Positions 25,339 to 37,500 of a stretch of DNA of 64,000 nucleotides are shown here, one piece after another (positions within the stretch are counted from its first letter, which is position 1; the number at the start of each line of letters is the position of its first letter). A program made the position numbers and the translations under genes. Origin of the DNA: Amphiscolops sp. MND2022 (taxonomy: Eukaryota); assembly GCA_964187785.1 (NCBI GenBank), contig OZ076411.1, forward strand, positions 31,558,001 through 31,622,000, given 5' to 3'. Below the pieces are notes generated by a model. The model saw only the letters and a list, made by a program, of their open reading frames with translations, searched no databases and was not told the origin of the DNA.

Positions 25339-27306
25339 TTGAAACCTCTTATATTGCATAATTATCGTGCAACTGATGGTAAATCTTCAGATGAAATACC
25401 TGTGTTTTTCTTGCCAAACTGTTACTTCAGAAAATGGGGTGGACCATGGGTTTCTTTGGATAAAGGATATCTGGTTTTACACATGGCTATCGAACCACCA
25501 TACAAAAGGCTCCCAGATTCTTTTAGAAGCTGTGCCAATGGGGCTGCTTATGATATTCTCACTTCAAAAATGTTCTTTTTCGAACCGTTGCGGAAAGACG
25601 ATGAAGTCGTTAAAGCATTCTTAGCAGCACACCCCCGTGCTGTATGCAATGCAATAACATGTTTACGTTCTTTGGGCGCATTGAAGGATAAAGAGACACC
25701 TCATGAATACTGGAAAATGTTCCAACTTTTAGCAGATCCATTTTTAGATGAGAGTTTACATAAGCTGGAGAAAATCATTGATGAGACGTTAGCGGTATGC
25801 GATCCACACTTCGGTCTGTCATACTACGTAATTCGGAAGTGCTTCGAGGATAAGTTGGAAAAACTTGATTACAGAAACCTGACATTTCCCATCAAAAAGA
25901 AGACTACTACAGGAGAGATGCAAATCGATACTGTGAGTCAGGTACTTCGAATGGAGCCACGTCTTTTGGAATACTGCGCCATGATTGTTAAAAATTATAA
26001 GAACGTACCTGTCAAAGAGGTTCGCGGGCCTGTTCAACTTCCTACAGCTGCTCAATTCGAGGAAGCGCAAGCTTCATTATCTAAGAATCCAATTTCTAAG
26101 GAGATTTTTGAAACATTAGACAATGTCGGGTTGGTCAACTTAATTGAAAGTGGAATTAAAATTGAACGAGACAGAGTGATTTCAGATGTACATCGATATA
26201 TCAGCGAATGCAAATGGAAACAAAACCCCCTTCCAAAGAAAAACTTAACAGCAAGTATGAAAGCTGTGTATTTATTAAGCGGTGAGCCCAAACTGATACA
26301 GTTATGGGTTAGACATAAGTGTTTAAAATATACTCCAGACATTCCATATGTGCTTCAAACCTATTCGGAACAAACGAAATTCCAAAACGATATGATACCC
26401 GAATTGCTATGGATAATTGAAGACAAAGATTTCGACTTAGTGTCAATTGTCGACAAATCTGAATCAGTATCGGTGCAGGAGAGAACAAGTTTAAGTTCAT
26501 ATGATTCAATGAAAGCAGAAGAACGAGAAAAACTGGCAATTGAGCTTGAAAAACGTGTGTTCAAAGGCATGTTTCCGGAACAAATCACTGGACAAACAAC
26601 TGAACCACTTCAAGACATTGGAACAGGCGCATTCAAGACTGAGAAGGTACACGCTGCTTCAAACAAAAAAAGCAAAACTTTGAAAGACCCGAAAGTCAAA
26701 GCTCAGGTAGATACAACTTCGACCCAAGACCCAAAAAGGAAAACGACGAAACAACCAGTAGTCAAAACTCAGGTAGACACAACTTCGACCCAAAAGAGGA
26801 AAACGACGAAACAACCAGTAGTCAAAACTCAGGTAGACACAACTTCGACCCAAAAGAGGAAAACTACGAAACAACCAGTTGTCAAAGCTCATGTAGATAC
26901 AACTTCGACCCAGAAGAAAACAACAACGGAAGTCCCGGAAGTCTACGCTCTAAACGATTCCACTTCAAGCTTAAAGGAAGAAATAATACTTATCGAAGTG
27001 AACGAATACATTGAAAACTGCGATTGGGCCCGAATGGCTTTCCCATTAGATAAGATGAAACCGGAGCTGCGTGAAAAAATGTTTGCTGCTAGCTTGTTGG
27101 GAGCTGAGCCCATTTTAGTCCAACTAGCTGTTAATTATAAGCGTTTAAAGGGTTCAAGAGTTCCGAAATCTTTGGAAAACTACTTCGATCAAACACAGTT
27201 CAATCGCAAAATGATACCAGACTTAATACGTCTGGTGGGAGACAATGACTTAAAATTGGAGAGCAAAATTCTAGATCAAGTAGTATGTCCGTGGGACTTA
27301 CAATGA
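25339..27306 (+). CDS. Intronless orphan ORF, 655 codons (first ATG at 25483), with a triplicated module and K/T-rich tandem repeats
   Basis: Open frame of 1968 nt in AT-rich DNA. No family recognised. Confidence 0.7.
   Translation: MKPLILHNYRATDGKSSDEIPVFFLPNCYFRKWGGPWVSLDKGYLVLHMAIEPPYKRLPDSFRSCANGAAYDILTSKMFFFEPLRKDDEVVKAFLAAHPRAVCNAITCLRSLGALKDKETPHEYWKMFQLLADPFLDESLHKLEKIIDETLAVCDPHFGLSYYVIRKCFEDKLEKLDYRNLTFPIKKKTTTGEMQIDTVSQVLRMEPRLLEYCAMIVKNYKNVPVKEVRGPVQLPTAAQFEEAQASLSKNPISKEIFETLDNVGLVNLIESGIKIERDRVISDVHRYISECKWKQNPLPKKNLTASMKAVYLLSGEPKLIQLWVRHKCLKYTPDIPYVLQTYSEQTKFQNDMIPELLWIIEDKDFDLVSIVDKSESVSVQERTSLSSYDSMKAEEREKLAIELEKRVFKGMFPEQITGQTTEPLQDIGTGAFKTEKVHAASNKKSKTLKDPKVKAQVDTTSTQDPKRKTTKQPVVKTQVDTTSTQKRKTTKQPVVKTQVDTTSTQKRKTTKQPVVKAHVDTTSTQKKTTTEVPEVYALNDSTSSLKEEIILIEVNEYIENCDWARMAFPLDKMKPELREKMFAASLLGAEPILVQLAVNYKRLKGSRVPKSLENYFDQTQFNRKMIPDLIRLVGDNDLKLESKILDQVVCPWDLQ
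26695..26915 (+). repeat. Coding minisatellite, 60-bp unit x ~3.6 (VKTQVDTTSTQKRKTTKQPV)
   Basis: Units start at 26695 (66 bp), 26761, 26821 and 26881. Confidence 0.95.
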
Positions 27307-27679
27307 GTTTTCAAAGGGATCATTTTGCCAAAAACGTCTTTTCTACGATGCAATTGTTGCTGGAAGGAGATGAATCCTTGGACAATCTTCAAAAGCAATT
27401 TGATTGAATGCTGATTTGATACAATCGTTTCTCTCTTCGAAGGATTCAGTGGTGTCAGGATAGCTGTCAAACAATGTTGGGAAATGGACATGCTCTATTG
27501 GCTTTCATTCAACACTTATTTGGCTATATACTTCTGTATTTAGATATGAAAAACTTTGGATCTAATAACAGTTTTTGATGTCACTTACGAGAAAATCTAC
27601 AAAAAATCACAAAAGATAGAAACAATTAATATTTTTCAAGACTGGAATATCCAATATTAACTTTAAATCCAGGAGCTCA

Positions 27680-28066
27680 GTGGTTTGGTTTGAGCGCAAT
27701 TTTGATCAAAAAATTCAAGGAGTCAGTGTGAAGCTTGAAAACCCTGGATTTCGCATACATCAAACTGAGAATTGCGAAAGCTCTAAGTTGAGAAATGAAT
27801 GTCTCAAAAGTTTCAATCAAAAAAACAATGAGAAACTAAACATGGTTCCAAGCATTTTTCAAACAAAACTATTTTGCCATAAATTTCTAAAAGTTGATGC
27901 CAATTTTGGTTCAAGCTGCATCCATATGAAGCATTACTATATGCTGATAGAACGAGAAGGGCAGTGGCGCTGTGATATGTGTCTTAATCCTCATCACTAC
28001 TCTGAGGCTCAAATGAGTTTTCATTATTGTGATGATCCTGATTGTTACGACTATTCACCGGTGTAA
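27680..28066 (+). CDS. Short ORF with a C-terminal Cys/His cluster, cut by a gag fragment
   Basis: RCDMCLNPHH..FHYCDDPDC. Its last codons are shared with the antisense gag junction (gactattcaccggtgtaa). Confidence 0.3.
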   Translation: MVWFERNFDQKIQGVSVKLENPGFRIHQTENCESSKLRNECLKSFNQKNNEKLNMVPSIFQTKLFCHKFLKVDANFGSSCIHMKHYYMLIEREGQWRCDMCLNPHHYSEAQMSFHYCDDPDCYDYSPV

Positions 28067-28560
28067 TTTTATGAGTAGTCGTAGTAGTTTTGGTTTTAAT
28101 CGGAGTTGAGGTTGCATTTTCCGGACCGTTTTCGGATTCGGAGTCTGTTTCTTCAGAAGCTGTTATGACGGTTTGTTTTCTAGACGCAGGGCTATTAGTT
28201 TTAACATTTCCTTTTGGTTTTCAGCTAGGATTTTAGTAAGATCAGACATTATCTCTTTCCTCAGAGAGGATTTGATTTCCTCTAGATTTTTGGTGAGTAC
28301 TCTAGGAGAGTTGTTCGTTCCCGCTACGGGGTTTAAGTTCTGGCTAGACTCAGGTATTGGGGTTTCAATTTCAGTGGAAACTAGCTCCTCTACAGCTTTT
28401 CTTTTCTGGCTTCTAGTAGTCATTTTCAGAAACAGAGGGGAGTTGTTCTTTGGAAATTCTGAAATCTTCAAAAAAATTTGCTTTTACAAACGAAGTATAA
28501 ACGTAGCAGGAAAAGTATTGATTGATTCTTACAAATCCCTAAGTATATATATCTTCGCAG
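28048..28560 (-). pseudogene. Truncated gag 5' end plus leader of the second, head-to-tail copy of element 2
   Basis: MTTRSQKRKAVEELVSTEIETPIPESSQNLNPVAG.. is near-identical to gag at 44645-44130. Confidence 0.9.
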
Positions 28561-28605
28561 CATCAATTCCTAGGAATCCTTAAAATCGGTTTTGTTCACC
28601 AAAAA

Positions 28606-30111
28606 TGCTTAATCATCCTTATTATTTCAACCCTTCAATTAATTGTTCACAATTTAAAATTCCTAGTCACGGCTCCCTTACGGAGTACTTGTTGAAATCA
28701 TTTTTGTTCATCAAAATCATTCCCGGTTTGATCACGGAAAAGGTGGTAAAATGAAAATCTAGCTGAACTTCCATCAAGAAAGGCACGCGGGCGTGATCAA
28801 TGATTCATCTCGAAACTAGTGAAAATCACCTGTTCGCGGTCAAAGCAAAATTGACAACGGAAATATTTCGAAGTGATTTTGGATTCGTGCAATGAAATTT
28901 TTGAAAAAGGGACAAATGATGCTGGAAAGTGGTCAATACAGATCAAAGATTGAAGTAACAAATAACACGGCACAATACCGTTCTAAACTAATTTTACATG
29001 TGTTGAGACATATTGTCTAGATCATTCAGCTCAATGAATATAACGTAGTAAACATACAAAACACCTTTCCAAAATGAAGGAAAGCCCCTTTTATTTGAAC
29101 ACTTCCTCTGTTTTAACCTGCAGCACGATAATTTTAATCATTTACAAAACGGTGGCAATTCGGGAAAACATGATATAAACATTGCGAATTTCCCTACAAC
29201 TCGAATTAGTTCCGTATGACTTGGAGAATGTTTTGGTATATTGAAATAATCTCAATCTCGTAAATCTTTCCGAGTTTATTCCTTACGTATTAACATTAAG
29301 CATAACTTCATCATTTTACAATCTGCCTCGTAAGCTCCCCATACGTATTAAGATTAGGTATAGCAGGCTCGCATTACAGTTTGCTCCGTAAGCGCTCTGT
29401 ACGTATTAAGATTAGGTATAGCAGGCTCGCTGCAAACGGAGCTAGAACGGAGTATTAAGCCATTCTTAAATCATTCTTAGTGACGTCACCCGAATAATTC
29501 TCACTAGCTTGAGCGTAAATATGCTGGTTTTATCTGTAACGCTATTGGCCCTTAAAATTAGAAATACCGGCATATTGTTTATTTGAGCGACGCTACCATA
29601 CCGTTGCGAGAGCTTACTTAAATCAGTCAACTGCAATTTAAGTGGGTTTTTGCAGCTACTTCACTTATTGGAAACAATTCCATTATGCTGTTTTGTGTTC
29701 TTTTCATTTTAGATTGTATGAGTTCTGTTGGGATCGTGGAATTAAATGAAGTTTTTGATGTTTTCTTTTCAGTGTGGAAAAAAATGATCCCGGCGTTAAG
29801 ATTTTATTGTTTAGATTCGTATGGAATTTTCAGCAGACAAAACCGGAAGTTATAGAACGGTCGCTTATGAAAACTTTATACCGGAAATTCCGTTTTGTCT
29901 AAAGAACACTTTTGGATATTTTACGCAGCGCTTCCGTTAGAAACAATTTCCTTTTGTTTTGATATCAGTTCGTGCCACATTTTAAGCAAAGGTAAGTAAT
30001 CAGTTAAAGTTTTTACTTAATGTTGTGTGGTCCTGCCATGTCCTCGCCCTCTTGCAAATTTCGGTATTCCCCCACAACAGGAAAAATCCCGACCGGGGGC
30101 GGGTGGTGACA
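28606..30111 (-). repeat. LTR-A copy 1 (1506 bp)
   Basis: Minus strand TGTCACCACC..ATTAAGCA, followed by TTTTTGGTGAAC and gag. Confidence 0.85.
29329..29430. promoter_or_regulatory. Direct repeat with 58-bp period inside the LTR (enhancer-like), with a CRE-like TGACGTCA at 29481
   Basis: cgtaag..tacgtattaagattaggtatagcaggctcgc occurs twice in every LTR copy. TGACGTCA is conserved in A and B copies. Confidence 0.5.
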
Positions 30112-30556
30112 GGGCGCCTCTATAGCCTCTTGACCACGGCCTGGGGCAATGCGGGATTTCTCTAGTAATAAGCACGGGCTGCTTGCGCGTTCTTGTAAGT
30201 TTGGCAGACGTGTAGCGGGTTCCGCGGCCACACAGCGGGCTGTACTTCGGGCTGTCCTGCAAACTGATTCCGTATGCCTTTTGGTTTTCAGCTAGGATTT
30301 TAGTAAGATCAGACATTATCTCTTTCCTCAGAGAGGATTTGATTTCCTCTAGATTTTTGGTGAGTACTCTAGGAGAGTTGTTCGTTCCCGCTACGGGGTT
30401 TAAGTTCTGGCTAGACTCAGGTATTGGGGTTTCAATTTCAGTGGAAACTAGCTCCTCTACAGCTTTTCTTTTCTGGCTTCTAGTAGTCATTTTCAGAAAC
30501 AGAGGGGAGTTGTTCTTTGGAAATTCTGAAATCTTCAAAAAAATTTGCTTTTGCAA
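30017..30556 (-). pseudogene. Chimeric ORF: gag N-terminus fused to the tail of the 3' ORF by a duplication junction
   Basis: ..ILAENQK|AYGISLQDSP.. with cctttt microhomology at ~30280. Confidence 0.8.
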
Positions 30557-30672
30557 ACGAAGTATAAACGTAGCAGGAAAAGTATTGATTGATTCTTACA
30601 AATCCCTAAGTATATATATCTTCGCAGCATCAATTCCTAGGAATCCTTAAAATCGGTTTTGTTCACCAAAAA

Positions 30673-33301
30673 TGCTTAATCATCCTTATTAATTCAACCC
30701 TTCAATTAATTGTTCACAATTTAAAATTCCTAGTCACGGCTCCCTTACGGAGTACTTGTTGAAATCATTTTTGTTCATCAAAATCATTCCCGGTTTGATC
30801 ACGGAAAAGGTGGTAAAATAAAAATCTAGCTGAACTTCCATCAAGCAAGGCACGCGGGCGTGATCAATGATTCATCTCGAAACTAGTGAAAATCACCTGT
30901 TCGCGGCAAAAGAATGACAAGCAAAATTGACAACGGAAATATTTCGAAGTGATTTTGGATTCGTGCAATGAAATTTTTGAAAAAGGGACAAATGATGCTG
31001 GAAAGTGGTCAATACAGATCAAAGATTGAAGTAACAAATAACACGGCACAATACCGTTCTAAACTAATTTTACATGTGTTGAGACATATTGTCTAGATCA
31101 TTCAGCTCAATGAATATAACGTAGTAAACATACAAAACACCCTTTCCAAAATGAAGGAAAGCCCCTTTTATTTGAACACTTCCTCTGTTTTAACCTGCAG
31201 CACGATTATTTAATCATTTACAAAACGGTGGCAATTCGGGAAAACATGATATAAACATTGCGAATTTCCCTACAACTCGAATTAGTTCCGTATGACTTGG
31301 AGAATGTTTTGGTATATTAAAATAATCTCAATCTCGTAAATCTTTCCGAGTTTATTCCTTACGTATTAACATTAAGCATAACTTCATCATTTTACAATCT
31401 GCCTCGTAAGCTCCCCATACGTATTAAGATTAGGTATAGCAGGCTCGCATTACAGTTTGCTCCGTAAGCGCTCTGTACGTATTAAGATTAGGTATAGCAG
31501 GCTCGCTGCAAACGGAGCTAGAACGGAGTATTAAGCCATTCTTAAATCATTCTTAGTGACGTCACCCGAATAATTCTCACTAGCTTGAGCGTAAATATGC
31601 TGGTTTTATCTGTAACGCTATTGGCCCTTAAAATTAGAAATACCGGCATATTGTTTATTTGAGCGACGCTACCATACCGTTGCGAGAGCTTACTTAAATC
31701 AGTCAACTGCAATTTAAGTGGGTTTTTGCAGCTACTTCACTTATTGGAAACAATTCCATTATGCTGTTTTGTGTTCTTTTCATTTTAGATTGTATGAGTT
31801 CTGTTGGGATCGTGGAATTAAATGAAGTTTTTGATGTTTTCATTTCAGTGTGGAAAAAAATGATCCCAGCGTTAAGATTTTGTTGTTTAGATTCGTATGG
31901 AATTTTCAGCAGACAAAACCGGAAGTTATAGAACGGTCGCTTATGAAAACTTTCATCAAGCAAGGCACGCGGGCGTGATCAATGATTCATCTCGAAACTA
32001 GTGAAAATCACCTGTTCGCGGCAAAAGAATGACAAGCAAAATTGACAACGGAAATATTTCGAAGTGATTTTGGATTCGTGCAATGAAATTTTTGAAAAAG
32101 GGACAAATGATGCTGGAAAGTGGTCAATACAGATCAAAGATTGAAGTAACAAATAACACGGCACAATACCGTTCTAAACTAATTTTACATGTGTTGAGAC
32201 ATATTGTCTAGATCATTCAGCTCAATGAATATAACGTAGTAAACATACAAAACACCCTTTCCAAAATGAAGGAAAGCCCCTTTTATTTGAACACTTCCTC
32301 TGTTTTAACCTGCAGCACGATTATTTAATCATTTACAAAACGGTGGCAATTCGGGAAAACATGATATAAACATTGCGAATTTCCCTACAACTCGAATTAG
32401 TTCCGTATGACTTGGAGAATGTTTTGGTATATTAAAATAATCTCAATCTCGTAAATCTTTCCGAGTTTATTCCTTACGTATTAACATTAAGCATAACTTC
32501 ATCATTTTACAATCTGCCTCGTAAGCTCCCCATACGTATTAAGATTAGGTATAGCAGGCTCGCATTACAGTTTGCTCCGTAAGCGCTCTGTACGTATTAA
32601 GATTAGGTATAGCAGGCTCGCTGCAAAGGGAGCTAGAACGGAGTATTAAGCCATTCTTAAATCATTCTTAGTGACGTCACCCGAATAATTCTCACTAGCT
32701 TGAGCGTAAATATGCTGGTTTTATCTGTAACGCTATTGGCCCTTAAAATTAGAAATACCGGCATATTGTTTATTTGAGCGACGCTACCATACCGTTGCGA
32801 GAGCTTACTTAAATCAGTCAACTGCAATTTAAGTGGGTTTTTGCAGCTACTTCACTTATTGGAAACAATTCCATTATGCTGTTTTGTGTTCTTTTCATTT
32901 TAGATTGTATGAGTTCTGTTGGGATCGTGGAATTAAATGAAGTTTTTGATGTTTTCATTTCAGTGTGGAAAAAAATGATCCCAGCGTTAAGATTTTGTTG
33001 TTTAGATTCGTATGGAATTTTCAGCAGACAAAACCGGAAGTTATAGAACGGTCGCTTATGAAAACTTTATACCGGAAATTCCGTTTTGTCTAAAGAACAC
33101 TTTTGGATATTTTACGCAGCGCTTCCGTTAGAAAAAATTTCCTTTTGTTTTGATATCAGTTCGTGCCACATTTTAAGCAAAGGTAAGTAATCAGTTAAAG
33201 TTTTTACTTAATGTTGTGTGGTCCTGCCATGTCCTCGCCCTCTTGCAAATTTCGGTATTCCCCACAACAGGAAAAATCCCGACCGGGGGCGGGTGGTGAC
33301 A
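30673..33301 (-). repeat. LTR-A copy 2 (3' LTR of element 2) with an internal 1115-bp tandem duplication
   Basis: 30839-31953 is repeated from 31954. Termini as in LTR-A1. Confidence 0.85.
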
Positions 33302-34007
33302 GGGCGCCTCTATAGCCTCTTGACCACGGCCTGGGGCAATGCGGGATTTCTCTAGTAATAAGCACGGGCTGCTTGCGCGTTCTTGTAAGTTTGGCAGACG
33401 TGTAGCGGGTTCCGCGGCCACACAGCGGGCTGTACTTCGGGCTGTCCTGCAAACTGATTCCGTATGCCTTTTCTATTTCGTCTATAGGGGGCTCCATTAA
33501 ATCGTCAAGACGATCAATTTTCGTTGGTGGCTCGTTGGATAAATGTTCGTCGTTGGTTAAGTCTCGTAGGACCGGTGCACTTTGCAGCGGGGGTAACTGC
33601 CGCAGGGTTTCCAGTTCTTCGTAATACCTCTCTTCTAAGTTTTCAGCTGTTTGTCCCTCCACTGTAAACACTTCTCCGGGGCTTGACGTTCCTAATTGTT
33701 TTTTTCTGGGGGAGCCTATTGTCTCAAACGTTAAGGCAGATATATTTGATAAGTTGAGTTCATTGATGGAGGACATCAATTCTTCTGCACTCCCTTTGGT
33801 AGCTTCTAGGGAAGATCCGGACAGGTCTAACGTAGTTATTACGTTGACTGGAGCTACTTTAATTGGGTTACTTCGTCTCCCCATAGTTCTTTGTTCTTCT
33901 TCATCCGATGAGATGTCGATGATAAGGGCATAGTTGTCCATTCTGTTTAATTCGAATTCTGAAGTAGATCTTTTGAACAAATTTTCTTTACGTTTTTTGT
34001 ACGGCAA
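33204..34007 (-). CDS. Sense 3' ORF of element 2 (267 aa, acidic and S/P-rich), overlapping the first ~100 bp of the 3' LTR
   Basis: ORF track. Frame fragments continue upstream to ~34500. The final frame depends on a C-run (4 C here, 5 C in the other copies). Confidence 0.5.
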   Translation of the reverse strand: MPYKKRKENLFKRSTSEFELNRMDNYALIIDISSDEEEQRTMGRRSNPIKVAPVNVITTLDLSGSSLEATKGSAEELMSSINELNLSNISALTFETIGSPRKKQLGTSSPGEVFTVEGQTAENLEERYYEELETLRQLPPLQSAPVLRDLTNDEHLSNEPPTKIDRLDDLMEPPIDEIEKAYGISLQDSPKYSPLCGRGTRYTSAKLTRTRKQPVLITREIPHCPRPWSRGYRGALSPPAPGRDFSCCGEYRNLQEGEDMAGPHNIK

Positions 34008-34559
34008 ATGAAGAGGTCAATTCTCTTCCGTTCATGTTTTCCTGTATTTCTATTGGCTGATACTTTCCTTTTCTTTCGGTTCGTTTTATCTTCGGAAAAC
34101 GTTTCGCTTCAATCAGTGCTATGATTGGCTGAACCGCAGAAATAAAGTTTCTAGATTTGAATTTCATCATGGCGTCGTCAATTTCTTCCCGAGAATGATC
34201 CGTATGACGTCATGTGTTTGAAAATCGCTTTTTCCTTTTTCTTCTTAGGTTTCAAGCTGATCTGATTTATTTTTGAATTTCTCTGAAATCGATGAGCTTT
34301 CGTTATTGTAGATTTGCGTAGTTTGTGGAATGAATTTTTCCTTGTTTCAGATCATTCTGGAGATTCCTTCATAGTGCTTTTCTGGATGGATGAAGAAAAT
34401 GAACTTCCTACTGTTCCGTCGCTGGCTTCCTTAGTGGGAACGAAACAGTTTTCAATTATACTGATGAAGATGTACGCTCAGAGACGGTGTTTGTTCGTGC
34501 TGTTTCAGGTTGGTAAAAATCTTTTCTGACTTCCATGGGTAACTGGACTATTTATTTTT

Positions 34560-37500
34560 GGTGATCAGCCTTTGTAGTCCTACCCGTAAGTGTGACGCGT
34601 CGAAGTAATCTTGATTTTTCAGTAACTCAACCTGTCAGTTCGTCAGCTGTTGTTGCTTCCATTGCTGTTACCGAGGCCGTTCCGTCCTCTTCAGTCATGT
34701 TGCCCTCTGTTTCAACTGTGCTTTCTACTAAACCTCTTCCTTCTACGGGTGAGGCTTTGGTTGATCATTTGGATACTCCTGAGCCTGATTTTTCGTCAGC
34801 TGCTGTTTCTTCTAAACTTGCCCTGGTCCCCTCATCAGCCACCGGGTGCATTCCGGGGGCACCGACTTTTCCTGTGCGTTTTACTGCTGTGTAAGATGAG
34901 GATAGCGATAGTGAGTTTCAAGGAGGTGAGACCGATCCGCCCCCCCCCCCGAAAAGGAAGCAAGTTAGTAGACTCAGAGAAGTATTTTTGGTAGTAAATT
35001 TCCTTCTCTTTTGGTAACACTGAAGTATAATATACGTATTGTGTTTAGCTCCCAAGTCGAGTGGTTCCGCAAAATTGAAAGTGGGCTTTGTGACGCAGCC
35101 CAAACGTGTGAAGAAGTCATTGCCACCTCCACCTCCGCTGACACCTGCTTCTGAAAGTTGGATTAGTTAGTTTTTGTTCTTATCTTCTTTCTTTTTTTCT
35201 CTTGTTGTTATGTGTGTCTGGTTGGTATGCGGGTCCGTTCCGTTATGACTTATTGATTGATTGTTAAGGTCAAGACGATCCTGAGGTGTCACATATCACT
35301 CTTGGTGCTGGGTTGAATCCGGACATTGTTCGCGAAGTCGGACGTCAAGTCGCTGATCATGTGGAGACCCATTTGCAGACTGGTAGGTTATGTAGTGTGT
35401 TGTTTGTGTCCCACTCATTTTGTTGTGTTCTGCTGCAGTACGTTTTAGCCATTGTGAGTTCGGTTGTGATAGTTTTTGGTTTGTGTGTTTCCGTAGGGCT
35501 TGATGAGTTTGCTGAGAAAGTGGGCAGTCGACTTAGTGTGCGTGGCAAAGGGAAGAAGTATATAACGTGCTGCATCGGCGGATGCTGAGTCTCCATCCTG
35601 CTTTTCCTGATTTTGTCAGTGGTGCAAAGAATGGCAAGGGCACACATTTTCACTGTCGTGTGTGCAAACGGGACGTGGGCATGAAGGCACAGGGCTCCGG
35701 AGAGTTTGCGCGACATTTTCAGTCTGATGGCCACTGGTTTAAAAACGTAACAAATCGGGTTCACTTGGGTTTGCCCGTTCTCAATAGACTCATGGAACCC
35801 ATGGAGTTGTCTGAGAGTCAACTGGCTGAATATCGTTTGAGGGCGTTTGAAGATTTGAGCGAAGGCTATCCCTTTTCGGAGGATTTGCTTCTGAAGCACT
35901 CTCGTCTAGATTCTAGGGTCCCTTTCATGACCCTGGTAGGTTGTGTCTGTGAACTCTTGCGCAGTGGTGGAGATTTTGTACTTCTGCGTCGTCTGTGGGG
36001 CCACTTTTTTGTCACTATCGAAGGAAAAGGTGCCTCAATTTACTCTCAACTGGAGTCGCTCTGAGACTGTGGTAAGTATGCTTTGTTTGTTATGTATTTC
36101 TTCGCTCCGCTTTGCATCCGTACTTCCCTGTTTTTTTTCTTTCAAGCGGATAGATTATGTAGTGTTTTTATTGTTATCGGTTTTAGTCGTTTCTGTGTCA
36201 GGGTCTGGCTCCGCGAGTGTTACGTCTCATGTTGAGTAGTATTTCTGGCTTCAATGAATACGGGGTGCAGTGGAGAAGGAGGACAATGTGGAGCGATGCT
36301 ATGTTTTGTATTGGAACGACAAGCATTTAATGAAGATCTGTATTGGGAGTGAGTCTTTAGACCAAGACATGCCACTTCCGGAGTTGGTCCCTTTGTCCCG
36401 TATCGTGTGTAGTTTGGGTTCAACTCTGCTGCCCATTGCGATTCTCGGAGGGAGTCCGTCGTTGCTTCGTGTTCTGGAGAATGACCGAACTGATGGCCGT
36501 CGTTTCATTGTGTACGAAAGATTCGATGAGGAGGTCTTTTTACGGTGTGTGCAGCAAGCAGATCAGGACGTCTTTGGGATGATGAACGTGACGACACTGG
36601 TGTATTACTTGTTACAACGTCTGAAAACTGCCTTATACGAGGACTGGACAGAGGACAAGGCGTTACTGCGCAAATGTATCCGGCAGGGGTCCGTGGACTT
36701 TGTGAATTATCGTCAGCTGTTGACCGAGCTCATTGAGTTGTGGCCATCCATACGACCCTTCTTTCGTTGTACTGGACACCCGGACGCAAAAGAGAAAGCT
36801 GACAGCGTTAGTCGTTAAGTGTGTTTGTTGTTGTATCTGATTGTGTGTTTTTCTCTTTTTCCTCTCTTTTTTTCGCTTTTGGTAAGTTTGTGAAGTTTGA
36901 GTGTTGTTTGTTTGCAGATGAAGGGGACAAACTGGCACGTAATTGCTGACAATATGACTCCGTATCGTTTCGGCTTGTTGCGATTAGTACTAGATATATG
37001 TAAGTATGGCTTGGTTGATTGGTTTCTGTAATCTGTGAATGTTTGCGTGACTGATTTTTTGTATTATCGGATTGGTGTCGGGAATTGAGTTCATTCACTT
37101 GGTGATCGTTTCGCTCTGTTTTAGTTCACATCAATTTTACGAGGCTTCGCAAGGGGCGTGAAGATTCACGGCTATGGTGAACTATGCGACTTTGTCTATT
37201 GCCTTTTGCTGAAAACCAGAGCGACGGAAAGCTTGCCCAGGTTGAATGATTGGGAGGGTTTCATGAGTGAGGCAAAAACTGCTTCCTTTCCCTCTATCCC
37301 CGATGATGAGTTCTTGGCAAACTGCGATTTTGGCCGTGAGTTACTCGCTGGTAAAACCAGTGAGTTCTCCGCTTTCCGAGTCCGGTGCCGTGAGTTTATG
37401 GATCGACTAGTCAGTATTGTCTTGAAAAGTCCAAATGCTTCTTCGCGAGTGTCACGGGGTGTTTACAGTTTCTGTCCTGAGCTTCTTCTGGAGGGAGATC

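Noticed and set aside
25470-25510. IEPPY as an N6-adenine methyltransferase catalytic motif
   Set aside because: No SAM-binding motif or surrounding fold pattern is recognisable. A short motif alone is insufficient.
26695-26915. 60-bp repeats as a CRISPR-like array
   Set aside because: The units are contiguous with no unique spacers, are in frame within an ORF, and lie in eukaryotic context. This is a coding minisatellite.
28606-29979. Alternative LTR start at TGTGGCAC/TGTAGCAC (29979, 46082)
   Set aside because: Homology between A and B copies continues ~130 bp further and breaks exactly at TGTCA, which is the better boundary.
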